A DNA stretch of 37,159 bases from Promethearchaeota archaeon (GTDB taxonomy: Archaea; Asgardarchaeota; Lokiarchaeia; Sigyniarchaeales; SOKP01): assembly GCA_019058015.1 (NCBI GenBank), contig JAHLWH010000231.1, forward strand, positions 1-37,159, in the 5' to 3' direction. The notes beneath the pieces were generated by a model, which was not told the DNA's origin, did no database searches, and saw only the letters and a program-made list of their open reading frames with translations. This document shows positions 1 to 10,376 of the stretch, piece after piece (the stretch's first letter is position 1; every line of letters begins with the position of its first letter). The translations under genes and the position numbers were made by a program.

Positions 1-1892
1 GACGTAACTCTTGCAAAAATGTAGACCGTTTTAACTTTCTCTAGTAGCTCATCGTCATTCATCTCCTCTAATTCTACACCAGTAATTGCTTCATCTGCTT
101 CAGTTTAACCTATTTGATGTGCGATTGCAATTGCCGTAATTTTATGATCACCCGTAATCATAATTGTTCTAATTCCCGCCTTTCTTGCTTCTATTATTGA
201 ATCTTTTACCTCGTCCCTTGCTGGATCAATTATACCAACCAACCCAAGATATGTAAAATCTTTTTCCACTTCATTAATATCGTAATCCGAATCTAATTCT
301 TTATATGCAACTCCAAGAACTCTTAATGCATTTTTTGCAAATTCTTCATTTTGCTTTATGATTTTTTCTTTTGAAATGTCAATAGGTTTTACTTCACCAT
401 TTAATAATACCTTAGAAGCATTCATCATGAGAACATCAGGTGCTCCTTTTATATAAGCAATTATCTTTCTGTCTTTTTTTCCAATTACTGTCATCATTTT
501 TCTATCAGAATTAAAAGGAATCTCATCTAATTTATTAAAAGATTGATCAATATTTTCTTTTAATGCTACTACTTTCATAGAAATTTCAGTAGGATCCCCT
601 ACAACTGTTAGATCTCCAGATTTTTGATCAACTAAACTAACATGAGAATTATTGCAAAACATACATACTTCCAAAAATCTTTTAAGATCATCATTATTAA
701 CGATTGATTTATCACTTTTGAGTATGTTTCCATTAATGTTGTATCCAACACCTTCAATGGTAAGCTCTTTATCATCTACATATAATTTTACAACGGTCAT
801 TTCATTTTTAGTCAAAGTCCCAGTTTTATCAGAACAGATCACATTCACTCTTCCTAAAGTTTCGACAGCTGTCAGTTTCCTCACCAATGCATTTCGATTT
901 GCCATTTTTCTCATTCCGATGCTCATAACAACAGTGATCACTACAATTAATCCTTCAGGCACGGCAGAAACTGCTAAACTTATCGCTATTTCAAATGCAG
1001 TTATGATTTCCTCAATATTTTGTTCTGTAAAAACAAAACCTTCTGTAACTATTATAAGAACCACTTCAACTAAAAAGACAGCACCACATATTATTATTAT
1101 TATTATTCCTAACTGTTTTCCGAATCTATTAACTTCTTTTTGGAAAGGACTTGGTTCTATAACCTCCTCTTGTAATTTTCCTGCAATTTTTCCGATTTCT
1201 GTTTTCATTCCTGTTCCAATTACAATACCTTCCCCATTCCCCCGCGTAATTATAGTATTCATATATCCAAGGTTGGTTCTATCTGCTAAAATCATCTTTT
1301 CATCTACAATGTCTAATTGCTTCTTAACTGGTTGCGATTCTCCTGTTAATATTGCCTCATCCACATAAAGTGAGAATTGTTTCGTTAGTCTTACATCTGC
1401 GGGAAATTTATCTCCTTCCTCTATTAATACAATATCTCCAGGAACAACTTCTTCGACGCTTATTTCCTTAACTATTCCTTCTCTTCGTACTTTCGCAAAA
1501 TGAGGTGCTAATTTTTTTAAACTTTCAAGAGATTTTTCTGCTTTATATTCTTGATAAAACCCTAGAATTGCATTGACAATTAGTATAGCAAGTATTACAA
1601 CTGCATCTGTATACTCTGAAGACCATGCTGAAGCACCAGGTTGGGATGCTTCCCATGCTCCTATTATTACTGATATTATAATTGCAAAAATCAACAAATA
1701 AATTAGGAAGTCCTTAAACTGGCCTAAAAATATATCCAATGCTGTCTTTCCTTTTTCCTTAATTAATTCATTTCTCCCGTACTTCTCGAGGTTTGCGCTC
1801 ATTTTTGTTTCTGTTAAACCTGTATCAATTGAACTATTGAATGCCTTTACAACTTCTTCAATGCTTATAGAATGTGCATTAATTTGCTCCAT
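1..1892 (-). pseudogene. P2A (Ca2+-type) P-type ATPase, copy A, interrupted by an in-frame TAA at 105-107; the frame continues off the left edge of the window
   Basis: Motifs TGES, SAVPEGL, DKTGTLT, KGAPD and TGD; colinear with the paralog at 2239..5076. After the TAA the same frame reads TEADEAITGVELEEMNDDELLEKVKTVYIFARVT, matching the paralog's TESDEAITGVELEEMSNDELREKVKTVNVFARVT. The paralog has TTA (Leu) at the stop position. A sequencing error cannot be excluded. Confidence 0.85.
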
Positions 1893-1978
1893 ATCTCCTC
1901 AAAATCCAAATTTTTTTTTTAAATTTTTTTTAAAAAACAATATCCGATTTAAAAATATAAATTCAATAAATATTGATA

Positions 1979-1998
1979 TCTTAAAACCTTTTTTAAAA
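1979..1998 (-). promoter_or_regulatory. Putative BRE/TATA promoter block of ATPase copy A
   Basis: Minus strand reads TTTTAAAAAAGGTTTTAAGA; a similar block lies upstream of copy B (5147-5166). Confidence 0.4.
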
Positions 1999-2238
1999 AG
2001 AAAATACTATTTTTATATTATCTGCTTCAATTAGTTTAGAGGGATTATTATTTATAGTTATCTTTATAAAAAAAGTAATCGAAGATTTTAATGTGATAAT
2101 AGATAAATACTCCAAAACTAATGAAATGGGAAAATTTTTTCTAGAAATTTTTAAATAATCTAAAAGAAATTGAAAATTGTTTTTAAGAATTTATAGATAA
2201 TGTTTGTGATTAATTTTAAAAAAAAATTCAGAAAAAAA

Positions 2239-5076
2239 TTAATAATGTTCGATATTTGGAATTTTTCTTTGTTTTCGTCTGATAAAGTATTTTCTTAACT
2301 CGTCAACAACAGAAACACTAAATGCGCCAATAAAAACTACAACCCAATGATACCATTGTGTTAAGGGCATAATACGAAATGCAAGACCTAATGGGGTATA
2401 AAGTAATAACAATTGTAATCCAAGAGATAGTCCGACAGCCCAAAATAAATGTTTATTTGGAAACAAATAAAACGGTTTTATATTCGAAGTACATGTGAAT
2501 ACAAACAATAATTCGCAAATTACTAAGTTTGTAAATATTATTGTTTGAGATAATGTAATTGCATATTGCTGCGCAACTGGATCGGTTAAATAATTTATCA
2601 AATTAGGATCTATGGTACTCCAAAGAGGTATTAGATATATCCAGAGAATCAAATATAGACCAATATCAGTAATGGATGTGTAAATTCCAAGAAAAAGAAC
2701 TGGTCCTTTTATTTCTGGCATTAATGTAAAACCTTTTCGCGGTTTTTGTTTCATCACATCGGGGTCTGTAGGAGTTAATCCCAGAACCATTGCTGGTATG
2801 CCATCTGTTGCAATATTTAACCATAGAATTTGAATTGGTTCTAATGGAAGAGCCAAGAAAACATTTGCAAATAATTTCATCACTAAATACGCTGTTATTA
2901 TTAAAAAAATCTCATCAAAATTGGTGCTTAACATGTAACGAAAGAACCCTTTAGTTGTCTCAAATATTCCTCTCCCTTCTTCTATAGCATTAACAATAGT
3001 TGCATAATTATCATCAATTAATATCATTTCTGATGCTTCTTGGGTAACTTCTGTTCCTTTTAATCCCATTGCAACACCAACATGCGCACCTTTTACAGCT
3101 GGGGCGTCATTAACTCCATCACCAGTCATAGATACAACCATATCTAGTTCCTTTAATCTTCTTAATATTCTTATTTTATGTTCTGATGTGACTCTTGCAA
3201 AAACATTTACTGTTTTAACTTTTTCTCGTAGCTCATCATTGCTCATCTCCTCTAATTCTACACCTGTAATTGCTTCATCTGATTCAGTTAAACCAATTGC
3301 CTTTCCAATGGCGAGAGCAGTAATTTTATGATCACCTGTAATCATAATTGTTCTGATTCCAGCGCTTCTTGCTCCATTGATCGCTTCTAATACTTCATCT
3401 CTGGGTGGATCTATAATCCCAACTAATCCGATATAAATATAATCCTTTTCTACATCATTGATATTATAATCAGAATTTAATTCTTTATATGCAACTCCAA
3501 GAACTCTTAATGCATTCTTTGCTAACTCTTCATTTTTTTCTAAGATTTTATTTTTTAAAACATCAATTGGTTTTATTTCTCCGTTTAAAACAACCTTAGA
3601 GGCGTTTTTCATGAGTATATCAGGAGCTCCTTTTATATAAGCGATTATTTTTTCGTCTTTTTTTCCAATTACAGTCATCATTTTTCTATCAGAACTAAAT
3701 GGGATCTCATCCATTTTCTCGAAAGACTGATTTATTTTCCCTTTTAACGCCAACACTTTCATAGAAATCTCAGTTGGATCACCAACCACTGCCAGATCTC
3801 CAGTTTTTTGATCAATTATACTAACATGAGAATCATTACAAAATAAGCAAACTTCTAGAAACCTTTTAAGATCATTATTCATAACGATTGGTTTTTCATT
3901 TTCAAGAATTTGACCATTCGTATTATATCCTACACCTTCAACAGATAACTCTTTATCATCAATATATATTTTTACAACGGTCATTTCATTTTTAGTTAAA
4001 GTTCCGGTTTTATCAGAACAGATCACATTCACTCTACCTAATGTTTCAACAGCTGTTAATTTTCTTACTAATGCATTTCGATCCACCATTTTCCTCATCC
4101 CTATACTCATTACAACCGTAATGACGACAACTAATCCTTCAGGAACCGCCGAAACAGCTAAACTTATTGCTATTTTAAAAGCATCTATGATTTCTTCTAT
4201 CCCCTGTTCAGTTATTACAAAACCTTCAGTCAATAATATGAGAATGAATTCAAATGCAAAAACCGCTACACATATTATAATAATAATAATTCCTAATTGC
4301 TTTCCAAATTTATCTACTTCCTTTTGAAAGGGACTTGGTTCTATTACCTCTTCTTGTAATTTCACCGCAATTTTTCCGATTTCAGTATTCATTCCTGTTC
4401 CTATTACAATACCCTCTCCATTTCCTCTAGTTACTATCGTGTTCATATACCCAAGGTTGGTTCTATCTGCTAAAATCATCTTTTCATCTACAATATCCAA
4501 TTGTTTCTGAACTGGTTTCGATTCTCCTGTTAATATTGCCTCATCCACATAAAGTGAAAATTGTTTCGTAAGTCTTATGTCTGCAGGAAACTTATCTCCT
4601 TCCTCTACTAACACAATATCTCCAGGAACAACTTCTTCGACGCCTAACTCCTTAACTATTCCATTTCTTCGTACTTTCGCAAAATGAGGTGCTAATTTTT
4701 TTAAACTTTCAAGTGATTCTTCAGCCTTGTATTCTTGATAAAATCCTAATATTGCATTAATAATTAAAATGGAACTAATTACTATAGCATCTGTGTATTC
4801 AGATGACCAAGCTGATGCTCCTGGCCTAGAAGATTCCCAAACTCCTATAATAATAGAGATAATAATTGCAAAAATCAGCAAATAGACAAGAAAACTTTTA
4901 AATTGACCTATAAATATTTGCCAAGCAGTCTTTCCTTTTTCTTTAATTAACTCATTCCTTCCGTATTTTTCAAGTCTTACTTGAGACTCTGCTTGTGTCA
5001 GACCTGCTTCTAATGAGGTATTATATCTTTTTGCTACTTCTTCAATACTTATAGAATGTGCATTGATTTGTTCCAT
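2239..5076 (-). CDS. P2A (SERCA-like) Ca2+-transporting P-type ATPase, copy B, intact (945 aa)
   Basis: TGES, PEGL, DKTGTLT phosphorylation site, GDGVNDAPA hinge, M5 STNFDE, M6 ILWLNIATDG, M8 VICE; about 10 TM segments. Confidence 0.95.
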   Translation of the reverse strand: MEQINAHSISIEEVAKRYNTSLEAGLTQAESQVRLEKYGRNELIKEKGKTAWQIFIGQFKSFLVYLLIFAIIISIIIGVWESSRPGASAWSSEYTDAIVISSILIINAILGFYQEYKAEESLESLKKLAPHFAKVRRNGIVKELGVEEVVPGDIVLVEEGDKFPADIRLTKQFSLYVDEAILTGESKPVQKQLDIVDEKMILADRTNLGYMNTIVTRGNGEGIVIGTGMNTEIGKIAVKLQEEVIEPSPFQKEVDKFGKQLGIIIIIICVAVFAFEFILILLTEGFVITEQGIEEIIDAFKIAISLAVSAVPEGLVVVITVVMSIGMRKMVDRNALVRKLTAVETLGRVNVICSDKTGTLTKNEMTVVKIYIDDKELSVEGVGYNTNGQILENEKPIVMNNDLKRFLEVCLFCNDSHVSIIDQKTGDLAVVGDPTEISMKVLALKGKINQSFEKMDEIPFSSDRKMMTVIGKKDEKIIAYIKGAPDILMKNASKVVLNGEIKPIDVLKNKILEKNEELAKNALRVLGVAYKELNSDYNINDVEKDYIYIGLVGIIDPPRDEVLEAINGARSAGIRTIMITGDHKITALAIGKAIGLTESDEAITGVELEEMSNDELREKVKTVNVFARVTSEHKIRILRRLKELDMVVSMTGDGVNDAPAVKGAHVGVAMGLKGTEVTQEASEMILIDDNYATIVNAIEEGRGIFETTKGFFRYMLSTNFDEIFLIITAYLVMKLFANVFLALPLEPIQILWLNIATDGIPAMVLGLTPTDPDVMKQKPRKGFTLMPEIKGPVLFLGIYTSITDIGLYLILWIYLIPLWSTIDPNLINYLTDPVAQQYAITLSQTIIFTNLVICELLFVFTCTSNIKPFYLFPNKHLFWAVGLSLGLQLLLLYTPLGLAFRIMPLTQWYHWVVVFIGAFSVSVVDELRKYFIRRKQRKIPNIEHY

Positions 5077-5146
5077 ATTTTCTCAAAATCCTACTTTTTT
5101 TATTTTAAATCTTTTTATAAGAAAAAGTTTAGATTTTTAAAATATT

Positions 5147-5166
5147 TCTCAAAACCTTTCTTAAAA
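5147..5166 (-). promoter_or_regulatory. Putative BRE/TATA promoter block of ATPase copy B
   Basis: Minus strand reads TTTTAAGAAAGGTTTTGAGA, homologous to 1979-1998. Confidence 0.35.
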
Positions 5167-5394
5167 TAATAACAATTCAATTTATTAATTGTTTGTTCCC
5201 TAAATTTGTTTAGATTTTTATCAAATTGCCTTTCAAGATATTGTCACCACTGACGTTTTGTTCTTGAAAAAAGACCTTTATATGGTATATCTAAAACCAC
5301 GCTAAAAAAAGATAATTTGATTTTATAAATTATAGGAAATTAATGATTTCTTGTTGCACACGTAATTAAAAGGATTGAAAAAATAAAAATAAGA

Positions 5395-6960
5395 TTAAAA
5401 TCGTTCCTTTGATAAAACCATTAGAGAATTAATTAAATCTGAAACACATTGAGCAGTAGAACTCAATTTATTCATATCAATTTTATCCAATGTATCTTCT
5501 GCAGTGAGTAAGTAATAGGGGGACCTTATCCAATGAATTACTTTTAAATCACTATGAGATGTAAAATGACCTGCTTCACCAATAGGGGGTGTTGCAAAAA
5601 AATTGTCTGGAATTAACATCATACGCTCTATTTTGTGCTCTTTAAATGCCTTAATAGTATGAGCTACTAATTGCACTCTTTGAGATAGAAATACTGCCCC
5701 AAATGCAAGTTCATTTGTTATTTTAAAATTATGGGTTTCAGGATCTTCATCAACATCTTTTGCACACATGTGCTCTAGATTCACATCGACTAATACGTTC
5801 TTTAAAAGATCATTTCTATATTTTCTTGCAAATGATTCCGCTCCTATTCCTCCATACAGATGTCCTGTTGTTAATATGAATAATATTGAGCGAGGTCTTT
5901 CATTTTTCGGGATTTTGGACCAAGCTCTTAATTGAGCTAAAACCATTGCAACTCCAGTTCCATCTTCGGAAGCCCCCTTAAATGCAGAATCATGATGGCT
6001 AGATACCATTATCAACTCCTCAGATTGTCCAGGTAATATTCCCCATATGTTATGCGCTATGCTTGGTTCCTTATGACCCTCAAGAATTATTGTTGCTCGA
6101 GAATTACATAATTGGGCTAATTCCCGAACTTTCATGCCATCATATTTCCCTAAATATAAAGCAGGAATTGGTTTCATAGTACCATCATATGGTCCCCAAT
6201 GACTATTAACATTTGATGGATAATCTCTCAAGATAAGGATTAACCCTAATGCACCTCTTCTTACTGCACGCCAATAGACAGAATCTTCCCTTGGTTTTCC
6301 CCCTAGTGCTTGTGGTGGGAAATTCAATAAAGCAAATGTTAAAACCATTTTAGTGGTCTTATCGATTGAATTAGTAGGATCTGCAATATAATATGGTTTT
6401 GCTATACTTAATAATTTACCAAGAGGTAGTGTTGGAAATTCGATATCTGCAACTACAATTTTGTCTTTAACGTCAATCTTTTTAAAATCTTTATCTCTTC
6501 CCGTTCCTACATAAACCATAGGAGCTGTCAATCCATCTTTATCAGTAAATTCTGTATTCAATACATAAAAACATGAAATTTCTGTAGTTTCATTTCCATT
6601 TGATATACTTAATTTCCAATTTTTAGCAACCCAATTTATAACATTTACCGGTTCTTTCTTTACATTTTCAAGTCCTAATTCAATAAATTTACTCTCTAAA
6701 AAATTTTCAATTTCATGTGCTTCTTTTGTTCCTATTCTCCTATGCGGGACGCTACAGATTTTTTCTAAATCATTTTTAATAATTTCCAAAGTTGGTGCTT
6801 GAACTTTTAACATTGGTTTTTGAATCTCTAATAAGAGCTTTTCAGCTTTTTTTCTAATTTTTCTCATTTTAGGAATTAGTTTTAATAGGTTTATGATGAT
6901 TTTTCTTTTTGACATATGAAATTCTGGGGATGGTTCTAATTCATTCTTAGATTTTTCCAT
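5395..6960 (-). CDS. M28 family metallopeptidase with PA-like insert
   Basis: HRRIGT, SSHHDS, GASEDGTG and VNLEH motifs; PA-like segment (YVGTG...DVKDKIVV); AAGGAG SD before the ATG. Confidence 0.8.
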   Translation of the reverse strand: MEKSKNELEPSPEFHMSKRKIIINLLKLIPKMRKIRKKAEKLLLEIQKPMLKVQAPTLEIIKNDLEKICSVPHRRIGTKEAHEIENFLESKFIELGLENVKKEPVNVINWVAKNWKLSISNGNETTEISCFYVLNTEFTDKDGLTAPMVYVGTGRDKDFKKIDVKDKIVVADIEFPTLPLGKLLSIAKPYYIADPTNSIDKTTKMVLTFALLNFPPQALGGKPREDSVYWRAVRRGALGLILILRDYPSNVNSHWGPYDGTMKPIPALYLGKYDGMKVRELAQLCNSRATIILEGHKEPSIAHNIWGILPGQSEELIMVSSHHDSAFKGASEDGTGVAMVLAQLRAWSKIPKNERPRSILFILTTGHLYGGIGAESFARKYRNDLLKNVLVDVNLEHMCAKDVDEDPETHNFKITNELAFGAVFLSQRVQLVAHTIKAFKEHKIERMMLIPDNFFATPPIGEAGHFTSHSDLKVIHWIRSPYYLLTAEDTLDKIDMNKLSSTAQCVSDLINSLMVLSKERF

Positions 6961-7114
6961 GATATTCTCCTTTAATGATTATTAAATTAAAATTCTGCTA
7001 ATGAAATATAAAAACTTTTATGCTTAGAATTCTCATAAATTGGAGAAAAAAATCTCTCAAGAATTACCGCCATATTTGCATTTATTGCTTTTAATAAAAG
7101 AGTATGTTCAAAAT

Positions 7115-7555
7115 TCAGATAATTTCAATAGTGCCATCATTACCATTAACTCTAACTATAGTTCCATCTTCAATTTTTTCCAATTCAGAAAAATCAATTT
7201 GATCTACTATTGGAAATTGTAAATCAAAAAATATTTCTGCAGCCAAGGCACCTGAACTCATTAAAGGTTCTCCTTTTTCACATATTATGGCTTTTGGCCC
7301 AATCTTGCGCACAATTACCTCAAGTAAAACAAACCCTAACGTGGTTGTTCCTATCGGATAAGGGAAAATTAAGATTTTATCTTTTACGTCCTTTTTATAA
7401 AGTTCATGTGTTCTATCTGCAACCTTACATTTCTTACTAAATTGAACTAAAGGAAATGTAAAAGCGGCTGAGATACTAAAGGGTTGTTTTGTAACCATGG
7501 CTTTCCCTTCCACAATTCCGCTACTTAAACTTCTCCCTTTTAATATTTTAGGCAT
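7115..7555 (-). CDS. Aconitase X swivel-domain small subunit (DUF126)
   Basis: ILKGRSLSSGIVEGKAMV, KDKILIFP..GTT, GPKAII, IPIVD-like FPIVD and VRVNG motifs. The likely ATG is at 7555, overlapping the stop of the large subunit; the track's 7612 start is probably too long. Confidence 0.85.
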   Translation of the reverse strand: MPKILKGRSLSSGIVEGKAMVTKQPFSISAAFTFPLVQFSKKCKVADRTHELYKKDVKDKILIFPYPIGTTTLGFVLLEVIVRKIGPKAIICEKGEPLMSSGALAAEIFFDLQFPIVDQIDFSELEKIEDGTIVRVNGNDGTIEII

Positions 7556-8738
7556 TATTTTTACCCTCCGTTGCGACTTTAATGCATGTATCCAAGCTTC
7601 TATAAGAAGCATTGCTATAAAAACACGTTTTTGCAGAATTTGTCATAAGAGGTCTCGGTAAGGGTGTTAAAAGAGGACATAAAGTTGTCAATTTTGCTCC
7701 AGAATTTTTTAAAATTTCAAAATATTTAGATTTTTTAATTGAATCTCTTGTAAGTTCATTAGTGCATATCCAGAAATTAATATTGGATAAAATTTTTTTT
7801 CCATCAAGCTTGTTTAAAACAGTAATAACTTCTTCTTCATTTAATTGAGGACAACCTATGGTAACATTTTTTGGTGGATTTTCCCATTCGGTACTGTATT
7901 TTTCCTTAACTTCTTTAAGAGAATCTTTATCAATTTCAACAATTTCTTCTGGTTTATCATTTTGAAAGGCTGATTCAATATTTTTTGCTTCTGGAGTTTT
8001 TCCAATCACGTGGATTAAAGCAACTGCGCCAGTAGATGCAGAAGCAGAACCAAGATTTTTTAGATTATAAGTAGAAATTTTTTTAAGACCTTCAATAACC
8101 GGAATTTTATTTCCTGCAATTTCCCCGATTTTTAAACCTATTGATGTTAAATCATAAGTATCCCAATCATCAAAAAGAATTTTAAATAAAATCTTTCCTT
8201 TTCTGTTTTCACTTAAATGCAATCCATGGTAAGGAGTTTTCCCAGTAATAGCGCATGCAATATCTACTATACCGCCTTCTCGATTTGAACGCCCCCCTAA
8301 AACAGAATTGAGATAAATTACAGCTGAGGATTCAGACCATGCATAGTGTTCGCCAAATTGCGGTTTATTATCCAAGTAATATGGGGTACAAGTAAAACCA
8401 TAGACGCCTATTCTCTCTAAATCCCTCATCAATTGATCATGTAAAGTAAACATTGGGAGGATAACTTTTAATTCCTCGGCATAATTCAAATCGATAATAG
8501 GATCTGCTGTAGTCCTCACCTTTACTTTCAATCCTGCTTCTGCTGTTCTATTTAAAATTTCAGCAGCAGCATTGACAAAATTCAAACCAAAATTTAAAAC
8601 CGTATGAGCCGATTTAATTTCTATCAATTTATCCGCACCAAAAGAATCTCCTAATTTTACAATTAAATTCATCAATTTTGAAAGAATTTCACCTTGATTA
8701 CCATCTAATATATTTTCTTCTTCTCTCGTTAAATAAAT
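7548..8738 (-). CDS. Aconitase X catalytic large subunit (DUF521); either phosphomevalonate dehydratase or a hydroxyproline-dehydratase-like enzyme
   Basis: TCTPY, AWSESSAV, NSVLGGRSNREG, AITGKTPYHGLH and IGCP motifs. The family N-terminus (x-YLTREEE..LDG..GE) lies in frame upstream of the track's 8675 start and begins at ATT 8738. Confidence 0.85.
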   Translation of the reverse strand: MYLTREEENILDGNQGEILSKLMNLIVKLGDSFGADKLIEIKSAHTVLNFGLNFVNAAAEILNRTAEAGLKVKVRTTADPIIDLNYAEELKVILPMFTLHDQLMRDLERIGVYGFTCTPYYLDNKPQFGEHYAWSESSAVIYLNSVLGGRSNREGGIVDIACAITGKTPYHGLHLSENRKGKILFKILFDDWDTYDLTSIGLKIGEIAGNKIPVIEGLKKISTYNLKNLGSASASTGAVALIHVIGKTPEAKNIESAFQNDKPEEIVEIDKDSLKEVKEKYSTEWENPPKNVTIGCPQLNEEEVITVLNKLDGKKILSNINFWICTNELTRDSIKKSKYFEILKNSGAKLTTLCPLLTPLPRPLMTNSAKTCFYSNASYRSLDTCIKVATEGKNNA

Positions 8739-8905
8739 TCTAATACACCTATTTATTTCCTTTCAATTTTAAAAATTTGTTAATGATATTTATAAGTGTT
8801 TTTATTTTTATTTTGTATTTTGAATAAAAGAGAAACCTATTTTAATAAAATTCTTTTAAATAAATATCAATTAAAATATATCAATAATTCGAGATAATTG
8901 ATAAA

Positions 8906-10267
8906 ATGATTAAAGAAAAAAGGATTTCAGGCTTTAAAGTGGATAGATGTGATTTATGTGGATTGTGTTTTCATCTGTGTCCTGTTTTACAGTTATCTAT
9001 CGAAGAAGCAAAATTAGAAATCAAAAATCTTATCGAGGGAAAGGAATCTAAATATGTTCTTACTACTTGCACTACGTGTTTATCATGCAATTTTTATTGT
9101 CCACAACAAGCAAATCCATATCAATTAATCCTTGAAAGGTGGAATGATTTATACAAAGAGAGAGGCGCACTTCCATTATCTCGTTTTGTCTGTCCTACTG
9201 AGGAACATAACATTTGGCAACTCCTTAATGTTTTTCTCTCTAATCAAGAAAAACGATGGATCCATGAATGGATGAATTATATTCCCAAACCTTCTGATAA
9301 GGTTTTATTAATTGGAAATTATACTCATTTATTTCCCTTTATAATTGGGGGGAGTAAATTATTAAATTATTTTAAACCTATAGATAGAATTGATCAATGG
9401 GAGGGAGGTGCTTATCTCTATCAATTAGGGTTTTTGGATGTCGCCCAAAAGGTCGCTGAGAGGACTAAAAAAGATTTCGACAAGTGGGGTATTAATACTG
9501 TGGTTCCGCTTTTAGACGCAGTCCATTATATTTTCAAGGAAGTGCATCCTAAAGAGATGAAAGTAAGCCATGATCAAAAATTTATTAATTATCATGATTG
9601 GCTTATAGAAAAGATTGATGCAGGTGACATAAAATTACTTAATCAATTAAATCTTACAGTCACTGTTCATGACAATTGTTATTCTAAAGCTTTAGATGGG
9701 GGATATTGGGAAAATCCAAGAGAAATTCTCAGGAAATGCGGTTGTAAAATTCTAGAAATGAAACATAATAAAAAAGATTCATTATGTTGTGGATTCGGAG
9801 TTGGACCTTCTTGTGTGGGCAATATTTCAATGGTATTTGATATTATGTCTGAAGCAAAAAAAAAGTATGAAGAAGCGGAAGAAACAGGAGCAAAAGCATT
9901 AATCTCTTATTGTGGTGGGTGTATCTATCTATTGTGGGCTTCTAGAGAACTTTTAGGCAAAAAAATTGATGTTTATCACATAATAGAAATTGTTAGAATG
10001 GCAATGGGTGAAAAAATAAATTACCCTCATAACCATATTAAGCGAGCTTGGGATATAATCGCTATTATTACATATCAATTACTTTTATCTGTATTTCAAG
10101 CGAATTTTTTTATAAAGCGAATAACATATGATAAAAATATGAGCACTTTCCATCCAAAAAAATATAAAATGTTAAAATTGATTCGAAGCTTATTTAACAT
10201 TTCTGTAGTTCGAAAATTATATGCAAAAATGTTTCGAATTTTGATGCCAATAATGAAGACCCGTTAA
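8906..10267 (+). CDS. Fe-S oxidoreductase, HdrD/GlpC-like (2x[4Fe-4S] ferredoxin domain plus CCG domains)
   Basis: CDLCGLCFHLCP and CTTCLSCNFYCP; C-terminal CCG domain HDNC...CCG...CGGC; the first CCG domain lacks its Cys residues. Confidence 0.85.
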   Translation: MIKEKRISGFKVDRCDLCGLCFHLCPVLQLSIEEAKLEIKNLIEGKESKYVLTTCTTCLSCNFYCPQQANPYQLILERWNDLYKERGALPLSRFVCPTEEHNIWQLLNVFLSNQEKRWIHEWMNYIPKPSDKVLLIGNYTHLFPFIIGGSKLLNYFKPIDRIDQWEGGAYLYQLGFLDVAQKVAERTKKDFDKWGINTVVPLLDAVHYIFKEVHPKEMKVSHDQKFINYHDWLIEKIDAGDIKLLNQLNLTVTVHDNCYSKALDGGYWENPREILRKCGCKILEMKHNKKDSLCCGFGVGPSCVGNISMVFDIMSEAKKKYEEAEETGAKALISYCGGCIYLLWASRELLGKKIDVYHIIEIVRMAMGEKINYPHNHIKRAWDIIAIITYQLLLSVFQANFFIKRITYDKNMSTFHPKKYKMLKLIRSLFNISVVRKLYAKMFRILMPIMKTR

Positions 10268-10376
10268 GTCTTTAACGGCAAACTAAAAAATATGTTGGAG
10301 AAAAATTTAATATCTCTTAAATATTTTAGAAATACTATCTTTATTAATGCTTTAAAAAATATTATTCTCAAATAAT

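Noticed and set aside
652-1368. 238-aa + strand ORF, and its counterpart at 4121..4327
   Set aside because: Antisense shadows of the ATPase genes; their mutual similarity simply reflects the duplication
1837-2034. Short track ORFs (1837, 7040, 7210, 15451, 16403, 18309, 18475, 18512, 23750, 28592, 29396, 35720, 35790, 36398)
   Set aside because: They overlap well-supported genes on the opposite strand or frame, or are low-complexity AT-rich translations with no motifs
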